Part shown: one piece after another, positions 13,505 through 28,500 of the stretch
Position numbering within the stretch: the first letter of the stretch is position 1
Layout: each line of letters begins with the position of its first letter
Assembly (NCBI GenBank): GCA_951406725.2
Contig: OX597815.1
Location: 40,300,001-40,364,000 of the forward strand
Origin: Octopus vulgaris
Lineage: Eukaryota
Direction: 5' to 3'
DNA: 64,000 nt
Program-made: the position numbers and the translations under genes
Notes under the pieces: model-generated
The model's database searches: none
What the model was told of the DNA's origin: nothing
What the model saw: only the letters and a program-made list of their open reading frames with translations

Positions 13505-13774
13505 CTTTACTGCCCACAAGGGGCTAAACATAGAGGGGACAAACAAGGATAGACAAAGGGATTAAGTCGATTACATCGACCCCAGCGCGTAACTGGTACT
13601 TTATTTATCGACCCCAAAAGGATGAAAGGCAAAGTCGACCTCGGCGGAATTTGAACTCAGAACGTAACGCCAGACAAAATACGGCTACGCATTTTGCCCG
13701 GCGTGCTAACGTTTCTGCCAGCTCAGCGCCTAATATATATATATATGCTAACGTTTCTGCCAGCTCAGCGCCTA

Positions 13775-13987
<213 letters not shown>

Positions 13988-14101
13988 TATATATCATCAT
14001 CATCATCATCATTATATATATATATATATAAATATATAATTTATTTTATAGAAGGAGTTCTACAGGACTAGAACTGTTTCATTCAAAAGAAATCATCAGG
14101 A

Positions 14102-14152
14102 AGCTTCCTGATGATTTCTTTTGAATGAAACAGTTCTAGTCCTGTAGAAGCT
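14102..14152 (+). ncRNA. Type I hammerhead ribozyme motif (mirrored on - strand at about 14055-14105)
   Basis: AGCTTC-CTGATGA-tTTC tttt GAAt-GAAA-CAG..CTG-TA-GAAGCT: 6-bp stem I, closed stem III. Confidence 0.75.
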
Positions 14153-14237
14153 CCTTCTATAAAATAAATTAATTTACTCTGCTATGTATTGAGTACCTTA
14201 TTTACTGTGGTTAACCCCGACTCAACCCGGGACCTAC

Positions 14238-14306
<69 letters not shown>

Positions 14307-14764
14307 TATATATATAAATATAAATTTAATTGGAGGATATGTTAATCTCATGAAGGGATGGTAGCAGCCAAGGAAATACTGGTTCAATACCTAGTATTAT
14401 TAGGGAATGAAATTCCCTTAAAACAATATGTATATATTAAGCATATAGTTTATATCCAGTTAAAAGAGAAAAGAAATTGGAGATAAGAAGGTTCAAAATT
14501 ATTTTATAAATAAATTTGTCATCTTCGCTTCTTACAGCCGTTTCAATTAATACACAATAATTAAATTACAAATTTGTACATTAAATTCGCATTTATGTGA
14601 CATGAGCATCATTTCATCAGAGAAAAAAAGATGTACTTTGGGATGTTATATGCGGACCTATCAATTCATTTCAACATGAATTGATAGGGTCCACATATTT
14701 CAGCAGAGTCTGCTGAAATGAATTGGTAGATCCACATATAACATCCCAAGGTACATCTTTTTTT

Positions 14765-14860
14765 TTCTCTGATGAAAGTATGCTCATGTCACATAAATGC
14801 AAATTTAATGTACAAATTTGTAATTTAATTATTGAGTAATAATTGAAACGGCTGTAAGAA
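14765..14860 (+). ncRNA. Hammerhead-like motif with about 70-nt stem II insert (inverted copy 14529-14624 on -)
   Basis: TTCT-CTGATGA...GAAA-CGGCTG-TA-AGAA; core preserved in both diverged arms. Confidence 0.6.
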
Positions 14861-14949
14861 GTGAAGATGACCAATTTGTTAATAATAAATAATTGTGAAC
14901 TTCCTTATTTCCATTTTCTTTTACTTCTTTTAACTGGATATAAACAATT

Positions 14950-15790
<841 letters not shown>

Positions 15791-15871
15791 AAACGGGAAA
15801 CAAAAAAACAACAACAATGGAACAATTACAGTATTATTATTAATAGGCGCTCAGGAAATGGAAGCAGGGAG

Positions 15872-15906
15872 GTATGACGTTTCGAGCGGAGCTCTTCGTC
15901 GGAAAC
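15872..15906 (-). ncRNA. Variant minimal hammerhead motif at the 3' end of the Penelope-like element
   Basis: gttt-CCGACGA-a-GAGC tcc GCTC-GAAA-CG-TC-atac; same strand as and downstream of the GIY-YIG ORF. Confidence 0.55.
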
Positions 15907-16074
15907 ATAAAGAAGGAAGAGAGAGGAAAGAAAGATCCCGGAGCGGGCAACGGAGATAGAGAAAAAACGGCTGGTGTTAGGAGTAGCACATGGTGAAAGG
16001 CGGATGTTTACGATAACAAGAGCAAAGTGGGTTTTTAAAGGCAAAAGAGTGGAGACAAGGTTGGTAACGCAACA

Positions 16075-18720
16075 GATGTGTGTGTGTGTGTGAGTGTGTG
16101 CGTGTGCGTGTGTGTATGTGTGTGTGTGAGGCGAGGTAAAAAAACAAAAAATATATGTATGTGTTAGTGTGTGCGTCTGTGTGTAGGCGTGTGAGGTAGG
16201 GCGAGACGGTGGTCAGCATAGCAGCAGCATAGCAGACAAAGGTCAGTAGTGAGAAAAGGGAGGAAGGAGGAAGGGAGGGGAAGGGGTGGGGGCGTATGTA
16301 GCGTGCCAGCGTGTGTTGAGTAGTAGTGTGTGTGTGTGTCCAGTGTCGTGGTAGTATTAGTGGCGAGTAGATTGAATGTGTGTAAGAGTGATGTATATGT
16401 TTAAGCAATGTGTGTATATGTGTGCGCGCGTGTGTAACGAAAAAAAGGGGGGGTTTAGGAAAAGGACTCCAGCGGAGGGGAAGATGGAAGAGTGGTCCCG
16501 CGGAGACGGGCGTGGGAAAACCCAACGACAAGCGACATCCCAGGAACGGGCGGGAGGTCTCGTCGGGTCCAAGGGCGAGGTGCATGCGGGGCGCATGCGT
16601 GCGCGAACCGGCGCAAACGCGTGTGTGCGCGAGCCTGCGAGTGTGCGCGTACGTATGTGTGCGTGTGGATGTGTGAGTGTGTCTGTGTGTATGTCTGGGT
16701 GGCAGTGTGTCCGATGAATGTATGTGAGTATGTGTGTATATATGTGTGTGCATAGATGTATGTCCGTGTGTGTGTGTGTGTGTGTATGTGTGTATGAGTG
16801 TGTATGTATGTACGTGTGGGTGTGGGGAAGTGTGTGTATGTGCATGTGTGTGCGCGAACATACAGGTGTGTGAGTGAGTGCGTGTGTGTGTATGTATGTG
16901 TGAGTGTGTATGTATGTGTGTGTAGGATGCATGTATGTGTATGGGTGTATGTATGCGTGTGTGTATGTATGTATGTGTACGTGCGTGTGTGTGTGTGTAT
17001 GCGTGTAGGTGTGCGCGTGTGCATGCGTGCATGTATGTGCGTATGTGTGTGTGTGTGCATGTGTGTGGGTATATATGTGTGTGCGTATATGTGTGTGTAT
17101 GTGCGTACATGTGTGTGTGTGTGCATGTGTGTGTGTAGGTGTGTAGGCGTGTGTGTATAGGTGTATGTATGTAAGTATGTATGGGTGTGTCCGTGTATGT
17201 GTGTATGTATGTGTGTGTATGTAGCTGTGTGGGCGTGTGTATATGTGTGTGTATGTAGGTGTGTAGGCGTGTGTATATAGGTGTATGTATGTATGTCTGG
17301 GTGTGTCCGTGCATGTTTGTGTGTGTGTGTGTATGCATGTGTATGTAGGTGTGTGTGTACGTGTGTAATGTATGTGTGTATGCGTGTGTATGCGCGCGTG
17401 TGTGTATGTAGGTGCGTGTGTATGTGTGTGGGAGTGTAGGTGTGTGTGTGCGTGTGCGTGTTTATGTTGGTGTGTGCGTATGTGAGTGTGAGTGTATGAG
17501 TGTTTGAGTGTTTGTCATGCATGTGTGTGCGCGTGCAGGTGAGTGTGTGTGTAAGTATGTGTGTGTGTATGTTTGTGTGAGTGTGTATGTGTGTATGTCT
17601 GTGTGTATGTATGTGCGTATAGGAGTATGTAGGTATGTGTGTGTGTATGTATATGGGTGTATGTATGTATGTGTGTGTGTGTGCATGTGTATAAGTATAT
17701 GCGTGTGTGCGTATGTGTGTGTATGTGTGTGTGTGTTTTATGTATGTGTGTATGTATGTGTGTAGGCGTGAGTGTGTAGATGTATGTATGTATGGGTGTG
17801 TGTCAGTGTGTGTTTGTGTGTGTGTAGGTAGATGTGTGTGTCTGAGTGAGGGTATGGCTGTGTAGGTGTGTGTGTGTATGAATGTAAGTGTGTGTGTATA
17901 CAAGTGTAATGTATGTATGTGGGTGTGTGTGTGTGTGTATGTGTACGTGTGCGTGTGTATGTGTGTGTGTGTATGCGTGTGAGTGTGGGTGTATGGGTGT
18001 ATGTCTGTGTGTGTGTATGTCTGAAGTGGGTATGTGTGTGTATGTATGTATGTGTGTGTGTGTGCGGGTATGTGTGTGTGTGTATGTGTGTGTGTGAGTA
18101 GGTGTGCGTGTATGTATGTGGGTAGGGATGCATGCGAGTGTGTGGGTATGTATGCAAACATACGCACGCGCACATCCGAAGCAAGCCCACACACACGAAG
18201 CGCGCTCACGCACACAACGCACAAGCAGTACACGCAAGCCCAAAGGGGCCGACCGAGCCCCCAGCGCGCCAAGGCGCGCGAGCACAAAGGCCCTCGAACG
18301 CCCCGCTACGCGGGAACCGAGGATCCATCAGCCAAAACCAGAAAGCAGAAAAGAGGGGGGGGGCTGCCTGGATGCAAAAAGGTGTATGTGTGTGTGCATT
18401 CAGTGTACGGGTGTGCATGTGTGGGTATGTATGTATGTATGTGCCTACATGTATGTGTGCATGTGTGTGTGTGTGAAGTATGTACGTGCGGTGTGTGTGT
18501 GTGAGTGTGTGTGTATGTATGTGCGTATGTATGTGTGTGTGTATGTGTGTATGTATGTCTGTGTGTGTGTGTGTGTGTGTAAGTATGTATGCGTGTGTGT
18601 GTGTATGTATGTGTGTGTGTATGTGCATGTGTGTCTGTAAGTGTGTGTGATTAAATGTGTAAATGTATGTACGTAGATGGGTCTACGTATGTGTGTGTGT
18701 GAACAGGCGTGTGGGAGGTA
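16075..18720. repeat. Degenerate (TG)n/(TATG)n array
   Basis: Directly visible; interrupted by two GC-rich patches. Confidence 0.9.
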
Positions 18721-19804
18721 GGTAGGTGGGTGGGAGGTAGGTGGGTGGTGTGTCCGGAAAAAAAAAAAAACGGTCTCAAGAGGAGGGGGCTGTGTTAAGT
18801 CCGTGTGGGGTGGTAGTTTGTAGGGTGAAGATGTAGCGTTGCTCCAAGTGGAGCCTGGAAAGTGGGCGACCATTGTGGGGGGCGAGACCAAACACTGAGA
18901 TGTCATCTCGGGAATGGCCGGCCGAGCGGAAGTGGCGTGCGACGGGAGAAAAAGAGTGTAGGCGAACGTCCCTCAAGTGTTCAGTGAAACGGTCGGACAA
19001 CCGGCGTCCCGTCTGACCTACATACAGCATCCCGCATAGGTTGCATTTAATGCAGTAAATAAGGCCAGACGAGGTGCACGTAAAGGAGTGCCTAATGCGT
19101 ACAGTATGCAGGTTGGAGCCGGTGACAGCGGTGGTGTTGGTGATGAAGGGGCAAGTGTTGCAGCGGGATCTAGAGCAAGGGAATGATCCGTGTGGGGCTG
19201 AGGGGGAAGGGGAGAGGGTGCTGTGGACCAGGAGGTCACGCAGATTGCGGGCTCGTTTGAAAGAGGACAGGGGTGGGTTAGGGAAAATGGGGCGGGTGGT
19301 GGGATCAAGCTGGAGGCGACGGAAGGCACGTAGTATCTTGCGACGAAGGGGTAGGGTAGAGGGGTGGAAAAGGAGGGGGAAGGGGGTGCGGTTGGGGGGT
19401 GGGCGGGGGGAAGGAGACAAGGCGGTAGTGCGGTCGATGCGACGGGCGCGGGTGAGGGCATCAGAGAGGAGTGTGGGTGGGTAACCTCGGAGTCTGAACA
19501 TGCGGGCCAGGTATTGAGATTGGGTCTCGAAATCCTGGTCGCGGCTGCACAAACGTCGGAGGCGGAGGAACTGGGAGTAGGGGATGGCTCGTTTGGTGTG
19601 GAAGGGGTGGGAGGAAGAGAAGTTGAGATAGAGGTGGGAATCCGTAGGTTTAAAGAAGGCGGTGGTGGTGAGAGAGCTGGAGGGGTGATCGATGCGGAGA
19701 GAGATGTCATATATATATATATATATACACACATATATATATACATATATACCCCATGCCAGCATGGAAAGCGGACACTAAACGATGATGATGAGACATA
19801 TATA

Positions 19805-20187
19805 TACTACAAAATTAGAGAATGGAGAAACATTTAATTACATATTATATTTGAAATTTTATACTTATATCTCTTTGTCTATTTACAATTACTGTATATT
19901 TTGTATAATGCCTTTACTGATATGTAATGGTGTAATAAAGTATTGATTGGGTATCATCTGATAGTTGATGTTTTATTGATTTAAGTATGTTTCCCCATTC
20001 TCTAATTTTGTAGTATTAATTTACGGTAATATTATTACCTTTACCCATATAATACAATAGATGAACTGATTGTTTGGCAATTTTTAACATCTATGTATTA
20101 GTCTTGTTGGGTACCTATCTAGCAGTATATTGGATATATGTTATCCCATGGTGGGTTGAATTTTCAACCCCTATCTCATTTTATAAT
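19805..20187 (+). mobile_element. Shorter copy of the 32340-33967 family
   Basis: Aligns by eye to about 33608-33965; starts with the same inverted tactacaaaattagagaatggagaaacat segment. Confidence 0.85.
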
Positions 20188-20390
20188 ATACATATATATA
20201 TATATACATATACATATATATACATATATATATACATATATACATATATACACATATATACACATATATACATATATATATACATATATATATACATATA
20301 TATATACATATATATACATATATATATACATATATATATATATACATATATATACATATATATACATATATATATATATACATATATATA

Positions 20391-21724
20391 CATCAACATG
20401 GGTTCCGTAATGGAAGGGACTGCCTAACGCAGCTCCTGCATCACTTTGAGAGCTTTGGGAGAGGGCTCCAACACCGATGTCATCTACCTTGATTTCAGTA
20501 AGGCCTTCGACAGGGTCGATCACAAGATCCTATTGAAAAAACTATCCAACATTGGTGTCTCTGGAAAGTTACTGAAATGGATTAAGTGTTTCCTGACAGA
20601 CAGATCTCAACATGTTGTAGTTGAAGGGGTAAAATCAAGCCCAGCCAAAGTCAGTAGTGGCGTTCCGCAAGGCACTGTGCTGGGCCCACTTCTTTTCATC
20701 ATTTACATTAATGACATTAATGACATCATCAAGCACAGCAACATAAAAATCTTTGCAGATGACTCCAAGCTACAGAAGGTCATAAATGAGGCGAGTGACC
20801 GGACATGCCTTCAGTCAGATCTACTGGCTGTTATCCAATGGGCAGAAAAAAACAATATGCTGCTGAACGAGGATAAATTTGAGCTAATCCACTTTGGAAA
20901 AGAGGATGCCCTGAAACTCCCATACTCCCTTCCTTCAGGTGAAACTCTCGTGGCGTCCAACAACATCAGAGACTTGGGAGTAATTGTGGACAACAACGTA
21001 AGCTGGGCCACTCATATAAACACCAAAGTTGACATGGCCCGCAGAATGTGTTCCTGGATTCTCAGAACTTTCCAGTCGAGAGATATCCACACCATTATCC
21101 TTCTCTTCTCCACTTTTGCCCGACCCCACCTTGAATACTGTTGTCCACTGTGGTCTCCCCACACAATACAAGGTATCATAAAAGTTGAAGCACCTCAAAG
21201 GGCAATCACAAAAAAGATAGATGGCATGACAGGCCTCGACTATTGGGGTCGACTAGAAAAGCTAAAACTCTATTCTCTCCAACGTCGTCGTGAGCGCTAC
21301 ATCATCTGCATGATGTGGAAAATATTCCATCAGCATTGCCCAAATGATGTTGGCATCACCTTTAAGGTACATCCAAGGCTTGGGCCCCGTGCCATCCGCC
21401 CAAAACAAAAATCGCACTCTCATCTCATAACAACAATACGGCACAATTATTTCACCTCAATTGGCCCCGCTCTCTTTAACATTACACCAAAACACATTAA
21501 AACAGAAACTGACCCTATAGGGTTCAAGAAGTCTTTGGACAGATTCCTTCAAGAAATCCCGGATAAACCCCCTACACCCGGATATGTCTCTGTAAACAAT
21601 AACTCTCTACTTGAGTGGGCCATAGTGCCCAAATTCTGACTTGAAAGACTTCACCAGGTGGTGCTATTAAGTTAGACATGGCCTGGGCCAATAATGGCCG
21701 AAACCTATCAAAGTATCAAAGTAA
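20391..21724 (+). mobile_element. 5'-truncated CR1/L2-group LINE reverse transcriptase
   Basis: QHGFR (frameshifted), [38 protein letters not shown]; short 3' UTR ending in (TATCAAAG)2; sits in a (TA/TACA)n tract. Confidence 0.92.
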
Positions 21725-21776
21725 GTATATATACATATATATATACATATATATACATATATATATATATATATAC

Positions 21777-21927
<151 letters not shown>

Positions 21928-22214
21928 TATACATATATATATATATACATATATATACATATATATACATATACATATATATACATATATATATACATAT
22001 ACATATATATATACATATACATATATATACATATATATATACATATACATATATATACATATATATATACATATACATATATATACATATATATATACAT
22101 ATACATATATATACATATATATACATATATATACATATACATATATATACATATATATACATATACATATATATACATATACATATATATACATATACAT
22201 ATATATACATATAC

Positions 22215-23130
22215 ATCATCATCATCATCATCATCGTCGTTTAACGTCCGTTCTCCATGCTAGCATGGGTTGGACGGTTCGACCGGGGTTCTGGGAAGCC
22301 AGAAGGCTGCACCAGGCTCCAGTCTAATCTGGCAATGTTTCTACAGCTGGATGCCCTTCCTAACGCCAACCACTCCGTGAGTGTAGTGGGTGCTTTTTAC
22401 GTGCCACCTGCACAGGTGCCAGGCGGGGCTGGCAACGGCCACGGTCAGATTGGTGTATTTTATGTGCCACCGGCACGGAAGCCAGTCGAGGCGGTGCTGG
22501 CATCGGCCACGAGTCGGATAGTGCTTTTTACATACCACCAGACCAGGGATCCTGGCTGGTTCAATTCGATTTCGATTTCGCTTGCCCCAACATGTCTTCA
22601 CAAGCAAAGGGGTTGGCAAGGGTGCCTGTCGTACGGTCGCATTGGAGTATTTTACGTGCCACGGCCACGAGTCGGATAGTGCTTTTTACGTACCACCAGA
22701 CCAGGGATCCTGGCTGGTTCAATTCGATTTCGATTTCGCTTGCCCCAACATGTCTTCACAAGCAAAGGGGGTTGGCATGGGTGCCTGTCGTACGGTTGCA
22801 TTGGAGTATTTTACGTGCCACGGCCACGAGTCGGATAGTGCTTTTTACGTACCACCAGGCCAGCGATCCTGGCTGGTTCAATTCGGTTTCGATTTCGATT
22901 TCGCTTGCCCCAACATGTCTTCGTAAGCATGGGGGGTTGGCATGGGTGTCTGTCGTCGGATGAGGTTCTATATCGACTTCGCTTGCCTCAACCGGTCTTT
23001 GTGTCCAAGGGAGGAAAGGCATTCATAAGTGGGCTGGGCTCACTTGTCCTGCCTGGTCTTCTCCACGTACATATATATATCCAAAGGTCTCGGTCTCTGG
23101 TCATTTCCTCAGTGAGGCCTAAAGTTCGAA
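22215..23130 (-). mobile_element. RTE 3'-end fragment with about 158-bp tandem triplication
   Basis: Family tail catcatc-gtttaacgtcc..ccatgctagcatgggttggac; gccacgagtcggatagtgc recurs near 22506, 22664, 22823. Confidence 0.8.
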
Positions 23131-23175
23131 TATATACATATACATATATATACATATACATATATATACATATAC

Positions 23176-23233
<58 letters not shown>

Positions 23234-24527
23234 TTACGAATTTGTGTTGCAAGATTCCTGATGTGAAATGTGTGTTGAAACAGATATTGTATTTCAGGAC
23301 AATCTTTTTCTTTTTTTGCCAAATAAACACGTGCACTATATATTCCTTCTTCACTCGTTTATTACTGTTCTTATTCATGTCCACTGTCAGGAAATCTTTC
23401 CTCACACATCTGTGACCTCTTTAGAGAAACTTTCCTTCTTTATGTGTGCTCTTCTCCACTTATTTTCATTCTGTTCTTCTATGATGTGTATCCTTATAAG
23501 TGCATGCATGTGTGTCTGTGCTTGAGTGTGTGTATGTGTGTTATTGTTCTTAGTAGCACTATCACCCTCCCCTTCGCCCCAGCCCCTCCCACGTTGACGC
23601 TGTAGCTCCCCCTCAGCCCATCATTTGGTACCGTTCATGTATTTCTCTGTGTTTATGTGTTTGCCCATGCTGCTGCCATCGTGGTAGGTGTTGTTATTGT
23701 TGTTACTGCCATTATCATTATCACTGTTGCTGTTGTCGTTGTAGTCATGTTGTTGATACTGTTGCAGCCATCTGTGAAGTTACTGTGTGCCTATGTGAGG
23801 GTCACTCCCTATGTTGTTTTTATCTGTACCCTTTGTACAGTTTTTAATTTTCTTTTAATCTCTATTTCTTATATTTATCATAGGTATGTACATATTTGTT
23901 TATTGTGTGTATATTTCACTGTTTGTGTGGGTTTTTTTCCTTCTGTCTTTAGTTATCATGTTGTGTGGTGTGGTGGCCACACTGAAATACAATACATATA
24001 TATATACACACACACATATATATATTATTATTATTATTATTATTATTATTATCATTATTATTATTGAGTGAGAGAGCAGTGTATGCCATCAAAGTGACAC
24101 TGGGGTAAAATATACAAAGCCCAGTATAACCATCAGGACTACCCATCTGATAAGAGTACACCAGGCACATGCATCACAACCATATGTGCATGACATGGTG
24201 ATCTCATATCAAGATAAACAGCGCATTACCTTGCAGGTGGGTCCCAGTTAGAATTTTCTTCTGGTCGAGTAACCCATCCCGCTCAAAAGGTCCCTGAATA
24301 AGGGTTGTTTAAGGATGTTGAAAGAAACACCCATGTTTCCAGAGGTGAATTATTCAAACCCCAAAGAATCCCTTTCAACACATGGCTATGATGCTCCCCC
24401 ACTACTTCTGCTTGCGATCAGAGATGCACATATCGTCAGCCACTAAGGGACATGCTCAACTGGTTAAGCTCAAACAACTGACAAGCAAATCTGTGGTATT
24501 GAGCAGAATATTTGCTGTAGCTCATCT

Positions 24528-24570
<43 letters not shown>

Positions 24571-25465
24571 TTCTGAGTTCAAATTCCACCAAGGTCAGCT
24601 TTACTTTTCATCCTTTCGGGTTTGATAAATTAAGTACCAGAGAAACACTGGGGTCGATGTAATTAACTAGTCCCCTCCCAAAAAATGTCATGCCTTGTGC
24701 CTTTAGTAGAAAGTATTATTATTAATATTTATTATGTATTTTTAGATTTTTGATAATATCATAACTTTCCCAAAAAAGGCAAGGTGTTATTAATACACAA
24801 CTGTCTATTTTTACACTGAGCGTAATGACTTACTTTGAATAGGAGTAGTGGGGAAAGGACAGGCAAGATTTCTCCAAACAAGAAATAGAAAACAACAAAA
24901 GAACAAAACAAAAGAAGGAATGAAAAATGAAGTGAACTAAAAAAAAAAAAAGGAAAGAATTAAGACTAAAAATAGAAGTAAAACACGTAGCCAGAAAAAA
25001 TAAACAGATTTTTAAACAGCCAAAGCATAAATATAACTTATTCTTACAAAGTCTTAACGTTCTGTAATGTCCTACTTGATGACATCAACTATCTAGCTCA
25101 TTCGATATATTCAAATTTATATTCTTTTGTTATGTTAATTACTGTTCTCTGAAAAATATTAGGCTGTAACACACTAGAAATGTTTTCATTCAATCAAAGA
25201 AAAATATGAAACAATAACCAAAGACAAAACAAGAGCGTAAATCAAAGCACAATGAAGGAAACTTCAGTTGATATCAATATGAAATGCTGCATTCAGAATT
25301 ATCAACTTTAAGTAATAGTATTAAAAAAAAATTTTTGTTTTTTCTCTCTCTCAATAATATAAGAGTTAAATTATAACAAATGATAATCTTGAATGCAGTG
25401 TTTTAACATACATCAACTAATACCTCTGGTTGGTTTTGCTATGCCAAAAAAACAATTAAACTCAC

Positions 25466-25577
25466 TTCTCCATCCGACATTCTAAATAATCTTTGGACTC
25501 CTGGCGACATTTTGTATTTTCATTACTGTTTGTATTCAGACATTTCATATATTTGATCATGAACATCTTACATTGAC
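25466..25577 (-). CDS. COX19: COX19 coding exon 2
   Basis: tttcaatttcag acceptor, gtgagt donor, 112 nt; (G)QCKMFMIKYMKCLNTNSNENTKCRQESKDYLECRME, two CX9C motifs; in frame with exon 1. Confidence 0.97.
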
Positions 25578-28500
25578 CTGAAATTGAAATAACAAATTCC
25601 AGGTTTAATGGATCAAGTAAAAATGTAAGTGTAGCATATTTTAAACTTTTCTCAAAGTATATTTATTTATTAAATATGTTTTTTAACTGAGAGACAAAGT
25701 CAATTTTGCAAAGGAATAGTATATAGTTGACTGAATAAACCCCATATATTACTAGTAGATATTGTGTGAAGATGATGACAAACTCATATTTTTCATACAG
25801 GCTCTCATCTATCTTTTAGGATTGACTGGATCCATGCTCAGCAGTAATTGGAATAGATCCTTTCAATTCATTGGTTCCTAAATACCTTATTCAAATATCT
25901 GTTACAACCACTGAACCAATGGATGAGCCATTATGTGGTTGCTCTTAGCTAGAAACAGCAACCAACAAAAGAAAGGACACATTGGATAATGTAATCCTCA
26001 ATACACTATAAGGGAAAAATAAGAAATAGAAGAGATAGTCATGACTAAAAGACTTTGAATCTTAGGACTGTTGAACCAGGACTGACTAAATGTTAAACAA
26101 CAACTAATCGTTTGTCATTGACCTTGAAGAGTTAAAAGGCACTGTCAATCCTGTAAAACTGAGGAAAAACTATATTTTGGATTGAGAGAATATTTGGTTA
26201 AATATAGTATTATATAATCAGTCTCAAGGGGGTGAAAAATAACGTCCTTCTTATAAAACCCTAAAACAAGCAACAGGCTATAGATTTAAAGTGAAAAAGT
26301 CTTTACCAATATAAGTAAAGTGAAATAGTTGTGGACATAGGTGGACATGAATGATAGCAGTACAAATTATGTTTTTAGACTCTCTTAGGTATAATATTGA
26401 TGCAGTTGATGTTTAGTTTGAATATTTGTAGATTAATATCTACAGGAAAAACACAGACGAAGGTGGGTGAAGATTCCAGAAGGTTACAGCTCTGGGGAGG
26501 AAAAATTGGCTTGAAGGGTTTTGTTCAAGATTTGGGAGGTAACACACATTAGAGTGTAGGAAGATGACAAGACAGATATGTTAAGAAGGCTTGAGAGGAG
26601 CATATGCTTCTAGTTAGTTCAGAAAAACAGAGAACATTGTTGTAGTTAAAGGAGAGGAATTAGTTCATCTATGCAGAGATATAATTATGGTTCATTACCA
26701 CAAGAGTAAATCAATAAATGGCATCCATAAAGCTATTGTTCTTTACAACAGCAGCTAGTTCTTATCATGATATTCAAACCTGTTACTTGGAATTGTAGGT
26801 CTATAAGACTCTTTGGTTAAGCAGGAGAAGGTGAAGAGGGGTTGATTTGCTTGAAATTTTACAAAGATAAAAACAATGGATTCCTTGAATGATTTCTCTG
26901 AAAGTTTCATCTAACTTTTCAGGACATTTTCAAACACCTAAATGCCTCTGATTTCAGCAGTCATTAAGAGTATTGTTATTGGTTGCTGTAGCAGTTTTTC
27001 TTAAGAGGTATTTGCTGAGGTTGGTTGTGTTTGAAAGTATTATTTTCAGCACAACTAAGTGCCAAAATACCAAATGGTATTTACTGCTATTCATATAGGT
27101 TTTAGGTTCTTAATCATTGGAGTCAAGCCAAGCAATATCTTTATAGTACGAGTTAATTACACTATCATAACTTTTAATTCCCTATGTCTACAAAACAACC
27201 CAGTTACATTTTGAAACATTTTCTCCATCAACTGTAATACACAGAGCACATGATATTTGGTTCCAATAAACTGTAGAGGTTCTCAGTAGTTCTTATGTCA
27301 TCAAGGAATGGCTCAGTATTTGTCATTGTATCTTGGATAGTAAAATTTAGGAAGTGAGGTGCCTATAATAATGGACATACATGACAACTGGAGAATACTT
27401 TAACCTTGTAACTTCTATGAACACTGCTCATGTATATTGCATTATCAAAACAATTTTATCAAGTATCAGCTTCAGCTTCTCAAGTACACTTTTGGTCAAC
27501 CCATTGAGAACACATCCTTCAGTAGAAGGCACTGCATAAAATCTGATGAAGGTCTTCTTGCCAGATATCACAACTTTCATTTTAACCTTAGTTGACCTTA
27601 ATGAATAGAATTGGTCCACTAACAATAGGCATTTATAGTTGTAAAGCATAGACTCTGAACAAATTTGACAAGAACATAATGAGTTTGAAACATGGGTGTA
27701 CAGGAGAATCTCTTACAAGGATCATTGGACAAATGAATGGGTATCACAATTAGGTGAAAGACAACAAATCCCAAACATCGTGAAGAAAACAAAAGCTCAT
27801 CAATTATGACCAGAAGTTTAGAAAATATTATGATGGAAGGAAGAGTAGAGGGCAAAAGATCAAGAGGCAGGTAAAGAATGCAATAGATGGACAATATCAA
27901 GAGTTGGTTGGACAAGAGTGACAAAGCAGCTAAAGAACTAGTGCTTAATCAAGGAGACTTTGATTGTAGTGTTGTCAATGCACTACAGGCATACAACACA
28001 TGACAATGATGACTGCATATGTGCACCTGACATCTCGCAGGCATTCCAGAAAGTTACTACAGTTAACATTTGAAACTTCACCTGGCTTACAAGTAATTGT
28101 TGAACTATGGTTTGTTGGGCAGTGAACAATAGTTTCAATAATAATGCTCAAATACACTCTCCTATGCAACTTACTGCTTGTAGACAGTGTTTAGTTGACC
28201 TATTTAGTTGCATTTTGCATTTACTCAATAGACTTATCACTGCCTTATGGCCTTTTGATGACAAGCATATTTTTGCATGCTTTGTGACTGTGAGTTGGTT
28301 TGCTTCTTTCAAGTTTTTGAAAGTAAAATGTTACTATTCACAAACACTTTACTAGGGTAACACAAAGCTTAACATTTGTCAATGTCAAAAAATAAGTGTT
28401 ATAATGTAGATCCTCGTCCACTCATATGTTATTGTTACCACTATTATGTTGTGGCAGTACTCCACATCTTATTATCTTTGACTCATCTATCATGTTGTCA

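Larger units (their letters stand above)
15790..19709 (-). mobile_element. 5'-truncated Penelope-like element (Neptune-type): RT C-terminus + Cys linker + GIY-YIG endonuclease, microsatellite-rich 3' region
   Basis: ORF 18776-19709: KPTDSHLYLNFSSSHP..IPYSQFLRLRRLCS, CSRSRCNTC linker, LIYCIKC..C..LYVGQTGR.L..RFTEH, LE...I..L.T..PHGLN; bounded by (TA)n on both sides. Confidence 0.9.

Noticed and set aside
16430-18380. GC-rich patches (16430-16640, 18160-18380) inside the TG array
   Set aside because: No coding or structural signal; may be low-quality consensus sequence
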